From Planctomycetota bacterium (lineage in GTDB: Bacteria > Planctomycetota > JAJSAM01 > JAJVHW01): a stretch of 64,000 bases of DNA. The DNA is taken from contig CBDFJG010000004.1 of NCBI GenBank assembly GCA_965248445.1, positions 1,280,001 through 1,344,000 of the forward strand, in the 5' to 3' direction. The notes under the pieces are model-generated. The model ran no database searches. It was not told the origin of the DNA and saw only the letters and a program-made list of their open reading frames with translations. The translations under genes were made by a program, and so were the position numbers. Of the stretch, positions 55,501-64,000 are shown one piece after another (position 1 is the stretch's first letter; each line of letters begins with the position of its first letter).

Positions 55501-57972
55501 TCAGATGTCGAGCTCGGCGACGTCCAGCGCGTGCGCCTCGATGAACTGCCTGCGGGGCTCCACCTGCTCCCCCATCAGCACCGTGAAGATGTGGTCCGCC
55601 GCGACGGCATCCTCCATCCGCACGCGGAGGAGCGCTCGCTTGTCGCGCCGCAGGGTCGTGTCCCGCAACTGCTCGGCGTTCATCTCCCCGAGACCCTTGT
55701 AGCGCTGCAGGTCGATCGAAGCCTCGCCGATCGAGTACAGACGCTTGACGACGCCGCGCAGGTCGGAGCACGCATGCAGGTCCTTCTTGGTCTCGACGCC
55801 AAAGCGCGGGTTCCCGTCGTCGCGACGGAAGTCCTCCGCCGCAAAACCGAGCGCATCGAGTCGGGTCAGAAGGGCTGCCAGGTTGCCGCGCCAACGGAAC
55901 TCCGCGACGTAGACGTCCGGCGGTTCGAGGGCCGGCGTGTCCTCTCCCTCATGGAACCAGCGCACGTCGCGGTCCAACTGCGCGGCGGTGTCTGCCCCGT
56001 ACTGCTCGAACTCCTCCTCCGAGTGCAGGAAGAGTGTCTCACCCTCGGGGCGGCGCAGCCGGTAGAGCGGCAGGTCCCCCGCGGAGTTGCGCCGCTCGAG
56101 GAACGCGGCGAGGGTGAGACTCCGGCGATTGAGGCGCGCCTCCACCGACCCGAGGCCCTCGAGCACCTCGATCAGCTCCCGCACCGCGTCTCCTTCGATT
56201 CGGTCGCCGGCCGGGCGGCCTTCGTGGTCCACGCTCAGCACACACGACGCCTTGGCGCCGCCCTCGAGGAGGCGCGCGCGCATCTCGGATTCCGAGAGGA
56301 TGTACTCGACGACCCGGTTGTTGCGCTTCACGCCGTAGAGCGGCGGCTGCGCGACGTAGATGTGCCCACGCTTGATCAACTCGGGCATGTGCCGGAAGAA
56401 GAACGTCAGCAGCAACGTGCGGATGTGGCTGCCGTCCACATCGGCGTCCGTCATGATGATGATCTTGCCGTAACGCAACCCCTCGATGTCGAACGTGTCG
56501 GTGCCGATGCCGGTCCCGAGCGCCTGGATGAGCGTCTGGATCTCGCGGTGCTGCAGCATCTTGTCGATGCGCGCCTTCTCGACGTTCAGGATCTTGCCGC
56601 GCAGCGGCAGGATGGCCTGCGTCCGGCTATCGCGGCCGCCGCGCGCGGTGCCGCCGGCCGAATCACCCTCGACGAGGAACAACTCGGTCTCGTCGCGGTT
56701 GCGGCTCCGGCACTCGTACAGCTTCGTCGGCAGGCCACCTGAGAACAGCGCCGTCTTGCGCCGCACGAGGTCACGGGACTTGCGCGCCGCCTCGCGCGCC
56801 CGCCGTGCCAAGATCGCCTTGCTGACCATGCCCTTGGCGACGCGGGGATTCTCCTCGAGATACGTGGAGAGGCCCTCGGCCACGATCTGCTCGACCGGGC
56901 GCTGGATCTCGCGGCTGCCGAGGTTGCGCTTGGACTGCCCGCCGAACTGCGGCTCCGGCATGCGAACAGAGATCACCGCCACGAGCCCTTCGCGCCAGTC
57001 CTCGCCACCGGGCATCTCGTCGTCCTTCTTCACGAGCCCCGAACTCTGCGTGTAACGGTTCATCGTGCGCGTCAGCGCCGAGCGGAACGCGGAGAGGTGC
57101 GTGCCGCCCTCGTACGTGTTGATCGCGTTCACGAACGAGTAGATGGTCTCCGTGTAGGTCCCGTTGTACTGAATGGCGACATCCACCTCGAACGGTGGCT
57201 GTGCACCCGTCAGGTGGATCGGCTCCGGGTTCACGGGCGTCTTGTTGACGTTCAGGAACTTCACGAACGCAGCGATGCCGCCCTCGTACTGGAAGTCGAC
57301 CTCGTGCTCGCGATCCGGTCGCTCGTCCGTGAGCTTGATGTGCAGGCCGGGAGTCAGGAACGCGAGCTCGCGCAGTCGCTGTTGGAGCGTGTCGAAGTGG
57401 AAGTCGAGCTCGGAGAACATCTCGGGGTCCGGCAGGAAGTCGATGTACGTGCCCGTCTTGCTCGTCGCCTCGCCGACCTGGAGCTCCTGCGAGACGTCAC
57501 CCCGCTCGAACTCCATTGTGTGGACGTGTCCGTCCCGGTGCACCTCGACGCGCAGCCGGAGCGAGAGGGCGTTGACCACGGACACACCGACGCCGTGCAG
57601 CCCGCCGGAGACCTTGTAGGCCTGCTGGTCGAACTTACCGCCGGCATGCAGCGTGGTCATGATGACCTCGAGCGCGGGCTTGTTCGCCGTCTTGTGCATG
57701 CCGACCGGGATGCCCACGCCATCGTCGGTGACGCGGCAACTGCCGTCGGCCTTGATGGTGACGGTGATCAGGCCGCACCGGCCGGCCATGGCCTCGTCGA
57801 TCGAGTTGTCGACGACCTCGAACACCAGGTGGTGCAGGCCCTCGGTGGCCGTGTTCGGGACGTACATGCCCGGCCGCTTCCGGACCGCCTCGAGGCCCTC
57901 CAGGATCTTGATCTGGTCGGCGCCGTACTCGCGCTCGTCGTCCGACTGCTCGTGTGGGGTCTCGTCACTCAT
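55501..57972 (-). CDS. gyrB: DNA gyrase subunit B (with Toprim insertion)
   Basis: EAVRKRPGMY, EVVDNSIDE, LHAGGKF, VEGDSAGG, PLRGKILN, MTDADVDG, QRYKGLGEMN. Confidence 0.98.
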   Translation of the reverse strand: MSDETPHEQSDDEREYGADQIKILEGLEAVRKRPGMYVPNTATEGLHHLVFEVVDNSIDEAMAGRCGLITVTIKADGSCRVTDDGVGIPVGMHKTANKPALEVIMTTLHAGGKFDQQAYKVSGGLHGVGVSVVNALSLRLRVEVHRDGHVHTMEFERGDVSQELQVGEATSKTGTYIDFLPDPEMFSELDFHFDTLQQRLRELAFLTPGLHIKLTDERPDREHEVDFQYEGGIAAFVKFLNVNKTPVNPEPIHLTGAQPPFEVDVAIQYNGTYTETIYSFVNAINTYEGGTHLSAFRSALTRTMNRYTQSSGLVKKDDEMPGGEDWREGLVAVISVRMPEPQFGGQSKRNLGSREIQRPVEQIVAEGLSTYLEENPRVAKGMVSKAILARRAREAARKSRDLVRRKTALFSGGLPTKLYECRSRNRDETELFLVEGDSAGGTARGGRDSRTQAILPLRGKILNVEKARIDKMLQHREIQTLIQALGTGIGTDTFDIEGLRYGKIIIMTDADVDGSHIRTLLLTFFFRHMPELIKRGHIYVAQPPLYGVKRNNRVVEYILSESEMRARLLEGGAKASCVLSVDHEGRPAGDRIEGDAVRELIEVLEGLGSVEARLNRRSLTLAAFLERRNSAGDLPLYRLRRPEGETLFLHSEEEFEQYGADTAAQLDRDVRWFHEGEDTPALEPPDVYVAEFRWRGNLAALLTRLDALGFAAEDFRRDDGNPRFGVETKKDLHACSDLRGVVKRLYSIGEASIDLQRYKGLGEMNAEQLRDTTLRRDKRALLRVRMEDAVAADHIFTVLMGEQVEPRRQFIEAHALDVAELDI

Positions 57973-58386
57973 CTAGAACACTCCCAATCGGAACCGAAGG
58001 CCCGTCACGCGCGCCGCTCGAGAGGCCTTACTGCTGCCGGCCGGCACCGTGTCCGCCGCGATCAATCGCTCCAGCAGGGCCTCTCGGCGAAACCCCTGCA
58101 ACTCATGCACCAGCGCCGCGCTACGCGCTTCGACGATCAACTCGCCCCGCCGAATGGCGATCGCTCGTGTCTCGGCCGCCAACTCCTCGCCGACGACCCG
58201 CGTCCAGAGATCCTCCACCCCGGTACGACGCTTGGCCGGGCGCATCCCCCGCGAGACTCGCTTCAGGATGGCGTCGATGCGCTCAGGGGAGCCGCCTCTC
58301 GAGTCGCCGTCCGTCCGTGAACCCGCGCCAGCCCCTGAACCCCCAGGCGCATGAGGACCCTCTGACCCGGGAGCTACACCGTCCAC
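57973..58386 (-). CDS. DUF721/DciA family protein (start uncertain)
   Basis: W..VVG..LA..T....IRRGELIV...SAALVHEL; dnaN-gyrB synteny. Confidence 0.8.
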   Translation of the reverse strand: MDGVAPGSEGPHAPGGSGAGAGSRTDGDSRGGSPERIDAILKRVSRGMRPAKRRTGVEDLWTRVVGEELAAETRAIAIRRGELIVEARSAALVHELQGFRREALLERLIAADTVPAGSSKASRAARVTGLRFRLGVF

Positions 58387-58438
58387 TGTTGCCCGATCAC
58401 TCCCTGCCCCATCACACCCGGCACTGCGACTCCCGCGG

Positions 58439-59545
58439 TTACTCGAGGCTGACAGGCATCACGACATAGGTGTAGTCGCCCTCGGTGATCTTTCCGGGGG
58501 CGGCATGACCGTTCCATTCGAACGACACGTTGTCACCCTCGAGGACACCCAGCGCGTCGAGGAGGAACTCCGGGTTGAACCCGAGCATCTCCTCACCCCC
58601 GTCGTACTCGCACGAGAGCGTCTCCTCCGCCGAGCCCTCCTGGGAGCGCGCCCGGACGGTCAAGCCCTCCGGATGGAACCGCAGCTTCACCATCTGCGCG
58701 TCTCGGCTCGTGACCAAGGATGCCCGTCGGAGCGCCGCGTTGAACGCACCACGGGAGATCTGAGCGCGGTGGCTGCAGTCCTGCGGGATGACGTCCTCGT
58801 AGCCCGGGAAGCTGCCCTCGACGAGCCGCGACACAACCGTCGCGCTACCCGTCCGACCGCGGAAGTGGTTGTTGCCGATCGAGATCCAGACACTTGCGTC
58901 CGCGTCACCGAGGATCTTGTCGAGCTGCAACAGTCCTTTGGTGGGGACAATCGCTCGCAGCGTGACGCCACCGGGGTTCTCGCAACCCCCTTGCACGATC
59001 GCCAAACGGCGTCCGTCCGTGGCGACGAGTTCGATCGTCTCACCCTGAACCTGCAGCAACAAGCCGTTCAACGCGAATCGCATGCGCTCCTTGGCTGCAG
59101 CGAACGCCGTGCGCTTGATCATCTTGCGCAAGTCCCCGGCGCGTACGGCGATCTCTTCGGCGCCACCGACGTCCGGGATCTCCGGGAAGTCCTCTGGCGA
59201 GGGACCCTGCAGTCGGAAGTCACCTCTTCCAGCCTGCAAGAGGCACTCGCGACTCTCCCCGTTCCAGTCGAGGATCACATCGCCTTCGGGGAGTTCCCGG
59301 AGGATGGCCGCCAAGCGCTGTGCCGGCACAACGGCAGTCCCACCGTTCTCGACCGTCAAGCCGCCGTCCATCCCGACCACGACCTTCATCCCGATCTCGA
59401 GGTCCGTCGCTTGAAGAGTCAGATCTGTCTCACCTGTTGACAGACGCACACTCTCGTACACGGGGTGCACGCCCTTGGACGCCACTACACCGAGAACGGA
59501 CTGCACTGCCTTGTGCAGTGCATCGCGCTGGCATCGAAGCCGCAT
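58439..59545 (-). CDS. dnaN: DNA polymerase III beta clamp
   Basis: ATDLEI, VATDGRRLA, SRLVEGSFP.Y, GFNPEFLLD, YVVMP; ATG 59545 with GGAGG. Confidence 0.97.
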   Translation of the reverse strand: MRLRCQRDALHKAVQSVLGVVASKGVHPVYESVRLSTGETDLTLQATDLEIGMKVVVGMDGGLTVENGGTAVVPAQRLAAILRELPEGDVILDWNGESRECLLQAGRGDFRLQGPSPEDFPEIPDVGGAEEIAVRAGDLRKMIKRTAFAAAKERMRFALNGLLLQVQGETIELVATDGRRLAIVQGGCENPGGVTLRAIVPTKGLLQLDKILGDADASVWISIGNNHFRGRTGSATVVSRLVEGSFPGYEDVIPQDCSHRAQISRGAFNAALRRASLVTSRDAQMVKLRFHPEGLTVRARSQEGSAEETLSCEYDGGEEMLGFNPEFLLDALGVLEGDNVSFEWNGHAAPGKITEGDYTYVVMPVSLE

Positions 59546-59575
59546 CGCTTCCTCCACGCCGTGCGTCTTCAACAC

Positions 59576-60087
59576 GCCCGGCTTCTGGTTGGATCCTCTT
59601 TTGTCTTAGTAGTAGCAGTAAGGGCCGTGGACGGCGGGGATCCACGCCTTCAAGAGACGCGTAGATGGTGCTCCGCGTCGCGTGTGGGCCACTGTCCCCA
59701 GTGTTGTCCACGGTGGAGTCGCGGAGCGCAGTGCGCGGCGTACTCCGTGGAGTTTGCCCCCGGCCCTGTGACCCCGTGGACGGCTGGACGATTCTACCGG
59801 GCTGCGAACACCCCCTTGAAGGGACTTCGCACACGAGAGAGCACTGATTCGTGATCCCTCGACGAGCGGTTGATGATCCGGTGGAGAAACGGCTCGTAAG
59901 CGGGGAATGCCGGTGGAGAACCAGCGCTCGGCGCCTCCCTGGCGGCGGCCGGCCGACGTGGACGGTCCGTGGACCCGGCGAATCGACGCTGTGGAGAACC
60001 GGTGGGCGCGCTGGGGAGGGCGGTTGACAGGCGAACCAGGGATCGCCGCGCGCAGGGGCGGGGCGCCCGATCTCATCCAGCGCGGCC
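59576..60087. other. replication origin oriC (dnaA-dnaN intergenic)
   Basis: DnaA-trios TAGTAGTAGCAGTAA 59607-59621, GGGC, then box-like CGTGGACGG/CGGGGATCC; boxes TTGTCCACG 59704, GGTGGAGAA 59880 and 59912, TGTGGAGAA 59990. Confidence 0.85.
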
Positions 60088-61752
60088 TCATCCGCCGCTG
60101 CGGATGCGGCGGCAGACGATGTCCACGTCCTCCTGCAGCCGCGCGTTGACCTGCAGTTCGCGGGCGATCTTCTCGCAGGCGTAGATCACGGTGGAGTGAT
60201 CCCGGCCGCCGAAGTGGGCGCCGACCTCGACCAGGGACTTGTCCGTCATCCGGCGAGCCAGGTACATCGCGATCTGGCGCGGGCGCGACACTGACTTGTG
60301 ACGTCGCTTCCCCATCAGATCCGAGGGTCGCTGGGCGAAGTGCTCGGCGCAGACGCGGATGATCGTCTCGATCGAGACCGTGCGTTCGCGCGACTGGATC
60401 ACGTCCCGCAGGGCCTCTTGCGCCGACTCGAGGTTCAGCGGCCGCTCGCAGAGCGTCGCATGGCTGCACACGCGCACCACGGCGCCCTCGAGCTCGCGCA
60501 CGTTCGCCGTGATGTTCTCCACGATCAACTCGATCACGTCGGCCGGCAGCGCGACGCCGCGCTGCGCGGCCTTGGTCCGCACGATCTCGGCACGTGTCTC
60601 GTAGTCGGGTTCGAGGATCTCGGTCACGAGTCCCCACTTGAACCGCGACACCAGCCGCTCCTCCAGCGTCGGGATGTCCCGCGGCGGGCTGTCACACGTG
60701 ATGATGATCTGCTTTCGTGAGTTGTAGAGAGAGTTGAAGGTGTGGAAGAACTCCTCCTGCGTCCGCTCCTTGCGGGCCAGATCGTGGATGTCGTCGATCA
60801 GCAGGAGGTCGACGTTGCGGAAGCGGTACCGGAAGTCGCGCAGCGCACCCGAGCGCACCGCAGCGACGAACTGGTTGACGAACGACTCGCAGGACAGATA
60901 GACGACGCGCGAGTCCGGGCGCTGCTCGAGCGCCCGTACGCAGATCGCCTGCAGAAGGTGCGTCTTGCCGAGACCCACGGAGCCGTGCAGGAACAGCGGG
61001 TTGTAGTTGTCGCCCGCGCCGTTGGCGACCGCCATGGCCGCCGCGTGCGCGAGCTGGTTGCTCGGACCGCTGATGAATGTGGCGAAGCGGTAGTTGTCGT
61101 TCAGGATGACGTCGGAGAGGAAGTGCCGGTATCGCGGGTTACCGAACAACTCCGTTCCCGTGTCGCTGAGCCCGATCGGCGCCTTGACCGGGCGGATCTC
61201 GTCACGCGCGCTGGCGGCTCGATGCACCGTGTCCTGGCCGCCGGCGAGCACCCCCCTCGGGTCGGCGATGGGCGGGTCGGCGATGGGTAGGTCGGCCATG
61301 GGATCTGAGATCGGATCGGGCTCGCCGGCCGCCGCGGTCATCACCGGCGCCCCAGTGTGCGCGGCGGGCGCGGCCTCGATCAGCACGCGTCGCTCCGTAC
61401 CGACGACGGAGGTGACCGCGGCGCCGATCACCGAGAGGTAGTAGGCGTCGATCCAGTCCTTCATGAAGGAGTTCGGTACGTTGAACACGTAGGTCCCGTC
61501 GCTCTCGAGGCGGGCGAGGCTCATGGCGCGGAACCACGTGTGGAACTGCTGCGGCGTCACGTGATCGCGCAGATACGCGCGAATGGGATCCCACTGTCCC
61601 GCACCGCTGAGCCCGGAAGCATCCAGCCCGGAGACGCCCAGAACCGGTCGGCCCGGCGATGGTTGGTGCTGGCCGGAGCGCTCCTGGCCGGAGTCCTCCC
61701 GCTCAGATCCCGAGGGCTTGTCCCGCCCCGGGGTAGTTGGCACGTCCGACAT
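60088..61752 (-). CDS. dnaA: chromosomal replication initiator DnaA
   Basis: YNPLFLHGSVGLGKTHL, LLIDDIH, QEEFFHTFN, RLVSRF, NVRELEG, GGRDHSTVIYA. Confidence 0.98.
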   Translation of the reverse strand: MSDVPTTPGRDKPSGSEREDSGQERSGQHQPSPGRPVLGVSGLDASGLSGAGQWDPIRAYLRDHVTPQQFHTWFRAMSLARLESDGTYVFNVPNSFMKDWIDAYYLSVIGAAVTSVVGTERRVLIEAAPAAHTGAPVMTAAAGEPDPISDPMADLPIADPPIADPRGVLAGGQDTVHRAASARDEIRPVKAPIGLSDTGTELFGNPRYRHFLSDVILNDNYRFATFISGPSNQLAHAAAMAVANGAGDNYNPLFLHGSVGLGKTHLLQAICVRALEQRPDSRVVYLSCESFVNQFVAAVRSGALRDFRYRFRNVDLLLIDDIHDLARKERTQEEFFHTFNSLYNSRKQIIITCDSPPRDIPTLEERLVSRFKWGLVTEILEPDYETRAEIVRTKAAQRGVALPADVIELIVENITANVRELEGAVVRVCSHATLCERPLNLESAQEALRDVIQSRERTVSIETIIRVCAEHFAQRPSDLMGKRRHKSVSRPRQIAMYLARRMTDKSLVEVGAHFGGRDHSTVIYACEKIARELQVNARLQEDVDIVCRRIRSGG

Positions 61753-62551
61753 CTGCTTCCGCCTGTCTCCCGCGAGCCCGCCCGGCCCTTTGGCCAGGCG
61801 CGCTCCCGCGCCCACGCTCAACCGCCACGATCTTCACGCGCCCCCGCCGAGAGTCCCCGGGCTCTTCAGCCCCGCTCTCCCAGCGCCGGCGAACATCCGC
61901 GTCCTCGTCTTGGGCGGCAGACGGCCACCGGCGGCGCCCCACGCTCTGCGCCACCGCGCGTCCCACAGGGTCCGCGGTCCGATAGCCCGCGTCCAACTGT
62001 CGATGCGCCGTTCCGCGAGCCGCGGAGCAGCAAGGACCAATCTGCCCGCCGGGACCTGAGCCAATCCCTTGCGGACGCCGCCCTTATGCCGATCTGCCCA
62101 ATACCGAACCCACACCGAGAACCCGGAGCCCCGCAACGCGGGACCCGGCCCGGACGCCGATCACCGTCCCCCGCGTGTGCTCCCCTACGCGTCCTAAACT
62201 GGCGAAGGTAGGCACTCGAGAGGCGGGTCGCGGCTCACGTTCGACCGCGCTCCTGTCGCGCCGGACTCTCGGGTGTCGTGCATGTCGTGCCATTGGCGCA
62301 CGGTGCTTCGCTGCCCTGTTGTCCTGCGCTGCCCGCCGCATTGCCTTACGCGTCTGCCTTGGCATCTGCCTAATGCGTCTGTGGCGGGCTATCTTCGTTG
62401 CGCGGTGTCCTGTGACGTTCACCGGGTGCGAAATTCTAGCGAGCGGCGGCGCAGAGTCAAACGCGTCGCACAAGATTCGTCGCGCGCGTAAAGGCCGTTG
62501 ATTTGCTGCATCTCGGCGCGATGCGTCGTGCAATGCGCGAGAGTTTCCGGG

Positions 62552-63747
62552 CTAACTTTTTTCTTGTCGCGTTCCGACCGCCCGCACCCGCGGCACGATG
62601 ACGCGCAGTGCGTCGACCAACGCGAACACGTTGCGCGTCGTTGTCGTCTCCCCGAGTGAGACGCGAAGCACCTCGGCGACGCATGTCGCGTCGCGTCCCG
62701 CCGCGAGTAGCACGGCTGGCGGCGTGCGTGCGCCGCTGGCGCACGCGGTTCCGGCCGACACGCGAACCCCGACCTGGTCCAGCGCCGCGAGCACGACGTC
62801 GCCACGGCACCCCTCGAAGCGCACCGCCACGATGCCCGCAGCGCAGGGTTGCGTCGTGATGACCTCACCCCCCGTCGTCGTGCGAACGAACTCGAGAAAC
62901 GGCGCAAGTGCCGCTCTCCAGCGAGTTTCAGTGAGCGCCCGCGCTGCGTGCACGGCCTCGGCGGCCGCTCCGAACGCGGCCAGCAGCGCGGCGGCCTCGG
63001 TACCGCCTCGCCGCCCACGCTCCTGTGCGACGTGACCGCCCGGCGCGGCGAACGGCGCGCCGTCGCGCACGATGAGTGCGCCGGTCCCCGCGAGCGCACC
63101 GAGCTTGTGCGCGGACAGCGACACGAATGCCGCCGGCCGCAGCAGCGGCGCCATGTCCACGCGTCCCGCGGCCTGCGCGGCGTCGACATGCAGCGCGCTT
63201 CCGTCGGGCAGTGCGGCAGCGAACTGCATGACCGGCTGGACGTTTCCCGTCACCGGCTCGACGAGGGGAGCGGTTGCGATGCACGGCGACGACGGCGCGT
63301 CCGCGGCAAGAGCCGCGACGTCGATGCGTGCTGTGGCGTCGACGGAGAGAAACCGTACGTCGTGACCGGAGTCGCGCCAGCTCTCCGCCAGCGCGACGGT
63401 CGACGCATGTGATGCCGCGGTGAGCAAGAGCGGCGCATCGCCGAGCGCCCGACGCGCGCCGTGAAGCGCCAGCGCGTTCGACTCCGTGGTCCCTGACGTG
63501 AACACCACCTCACGCGGCGCTGCGCCGACCAGTGCCGCGACGTGCTCGCGAGCCTCCTCGACCACGCTGCGCAGGCGACGTCCCGCTGCGTGTGCGCTGC
63601 CCGGATTTCCCGGGAGCAGATCGAGCGTACGCAGCAGAGCTTCGCGAGCGGCCGGCAGCAGCGGCGCCCCCGCCGCGTGGTCGAGGTAGGCGTCCGGCGG
63701 GCGTGCTGGCGATCCCAGGGATCGGGAGCCTTGGCGGGATATCTCAA
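62552..63747 (-). CDS. cysteine desulfurase (IscS/NifS-like); start uncertain
   Basis: YLDHAA, FTSGTTESN, HVDAAQ, SAHKLG (PLP Lys), SAGTACASG (catalytic Cys). Confidence 0.9.
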
Positions 63748-63854
63748 GCGGCAACCCCCCCGGGCTCGATGAGGAGATGTCGTCTCGCCCGTCGCGAGGA
63801 GGCTGTCCCGGAGGCTGACTCGGTGCCTCCGGGTGACGATCGGATGAGCTGCGC

Positions 63855-64000
63855 ATGAGTGTGATCAACCTCCGCGAACGGACGCTCGACGCCAAGATCG
63901 TCTACTACGGTGCTGCCCTCTCGGGCAAGACGACGAGCCTGAAGCACGTCCATCGTGTGATGGACCCTGATCGTCGCACGGAGCTGGTCTCCCTCAACAC
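63855..64000 (+). CDS. MglA-like small GTPase (5' part only; runs off window)
   Basis: MSVINLRERTLDAKIVYYGAALSGKTTSLKHVH...ELVSLN, matching the MglA N-terminus and P-loop. Confidence 0.8.
   Translation, partial: MSVINLRERTLDAKIVYYGAALSGKTTSLKHVHRVMDPDRRTELVSLN

Noticed and set aside
63748..63895. extended N-terminus of the cysteine desulfurase
   Set aside because: Upstream starts (63856, 63895) overlap the divergent MglA-like gene; homology begins near YLDHAA.

Overview
This is a high-GC bacterial chromosome segment. A Planctomycetota-like diderm is my inference from gene content. It spans the replication origin: dnaA-oriC-dnaN-dciA-gyrB on the minus strand, with DnaA-trios and degenerate DnaA boxes. 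Housekeeping genes include eno-ftsB, ribBA, carB, murJ, a folB-folK fusion, fmt, scpA, kdsD, tatA/B, an iscS-like gene and a partial mglA-like GTPase. There are three IS elements: IS3, IS1380, and an IS1595 that splits a TIGR01777 epimerase. A decayed integrative element lies between the IS3 and the IS1380, carrying a 3' tRNA-Pro att fragment with repeat arms, a tyrosine integrase, an excisionase-like HTH and small genes. Five signals stand out. (1) A tightly coupled five-gene cluster (ECF sigma / soluble zinc anti-sigma / TPR-CHAT caspase-like protease / minimal subtilisin / degenerate HATPase) with a twice-repeated bipartite promoter-like motif, resembling a CRISPR-independent Craspase-type proteolytic switch. 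(2) A coupled DUF92 / UbiA / phytol-kinase-like trio mirroring the plant VTE6-VTE2-VTE5 prenol salvage route. (3) An Rdx selenoprotein missed by the ORF track, with an in-frame UGA and a SECIS hairpin. (4) A 982-aa LptC/LptA-like fusion. (5) Scattered type IV pilus and polarity components. All assignments come from reading motifs by eye; no database searches were run.
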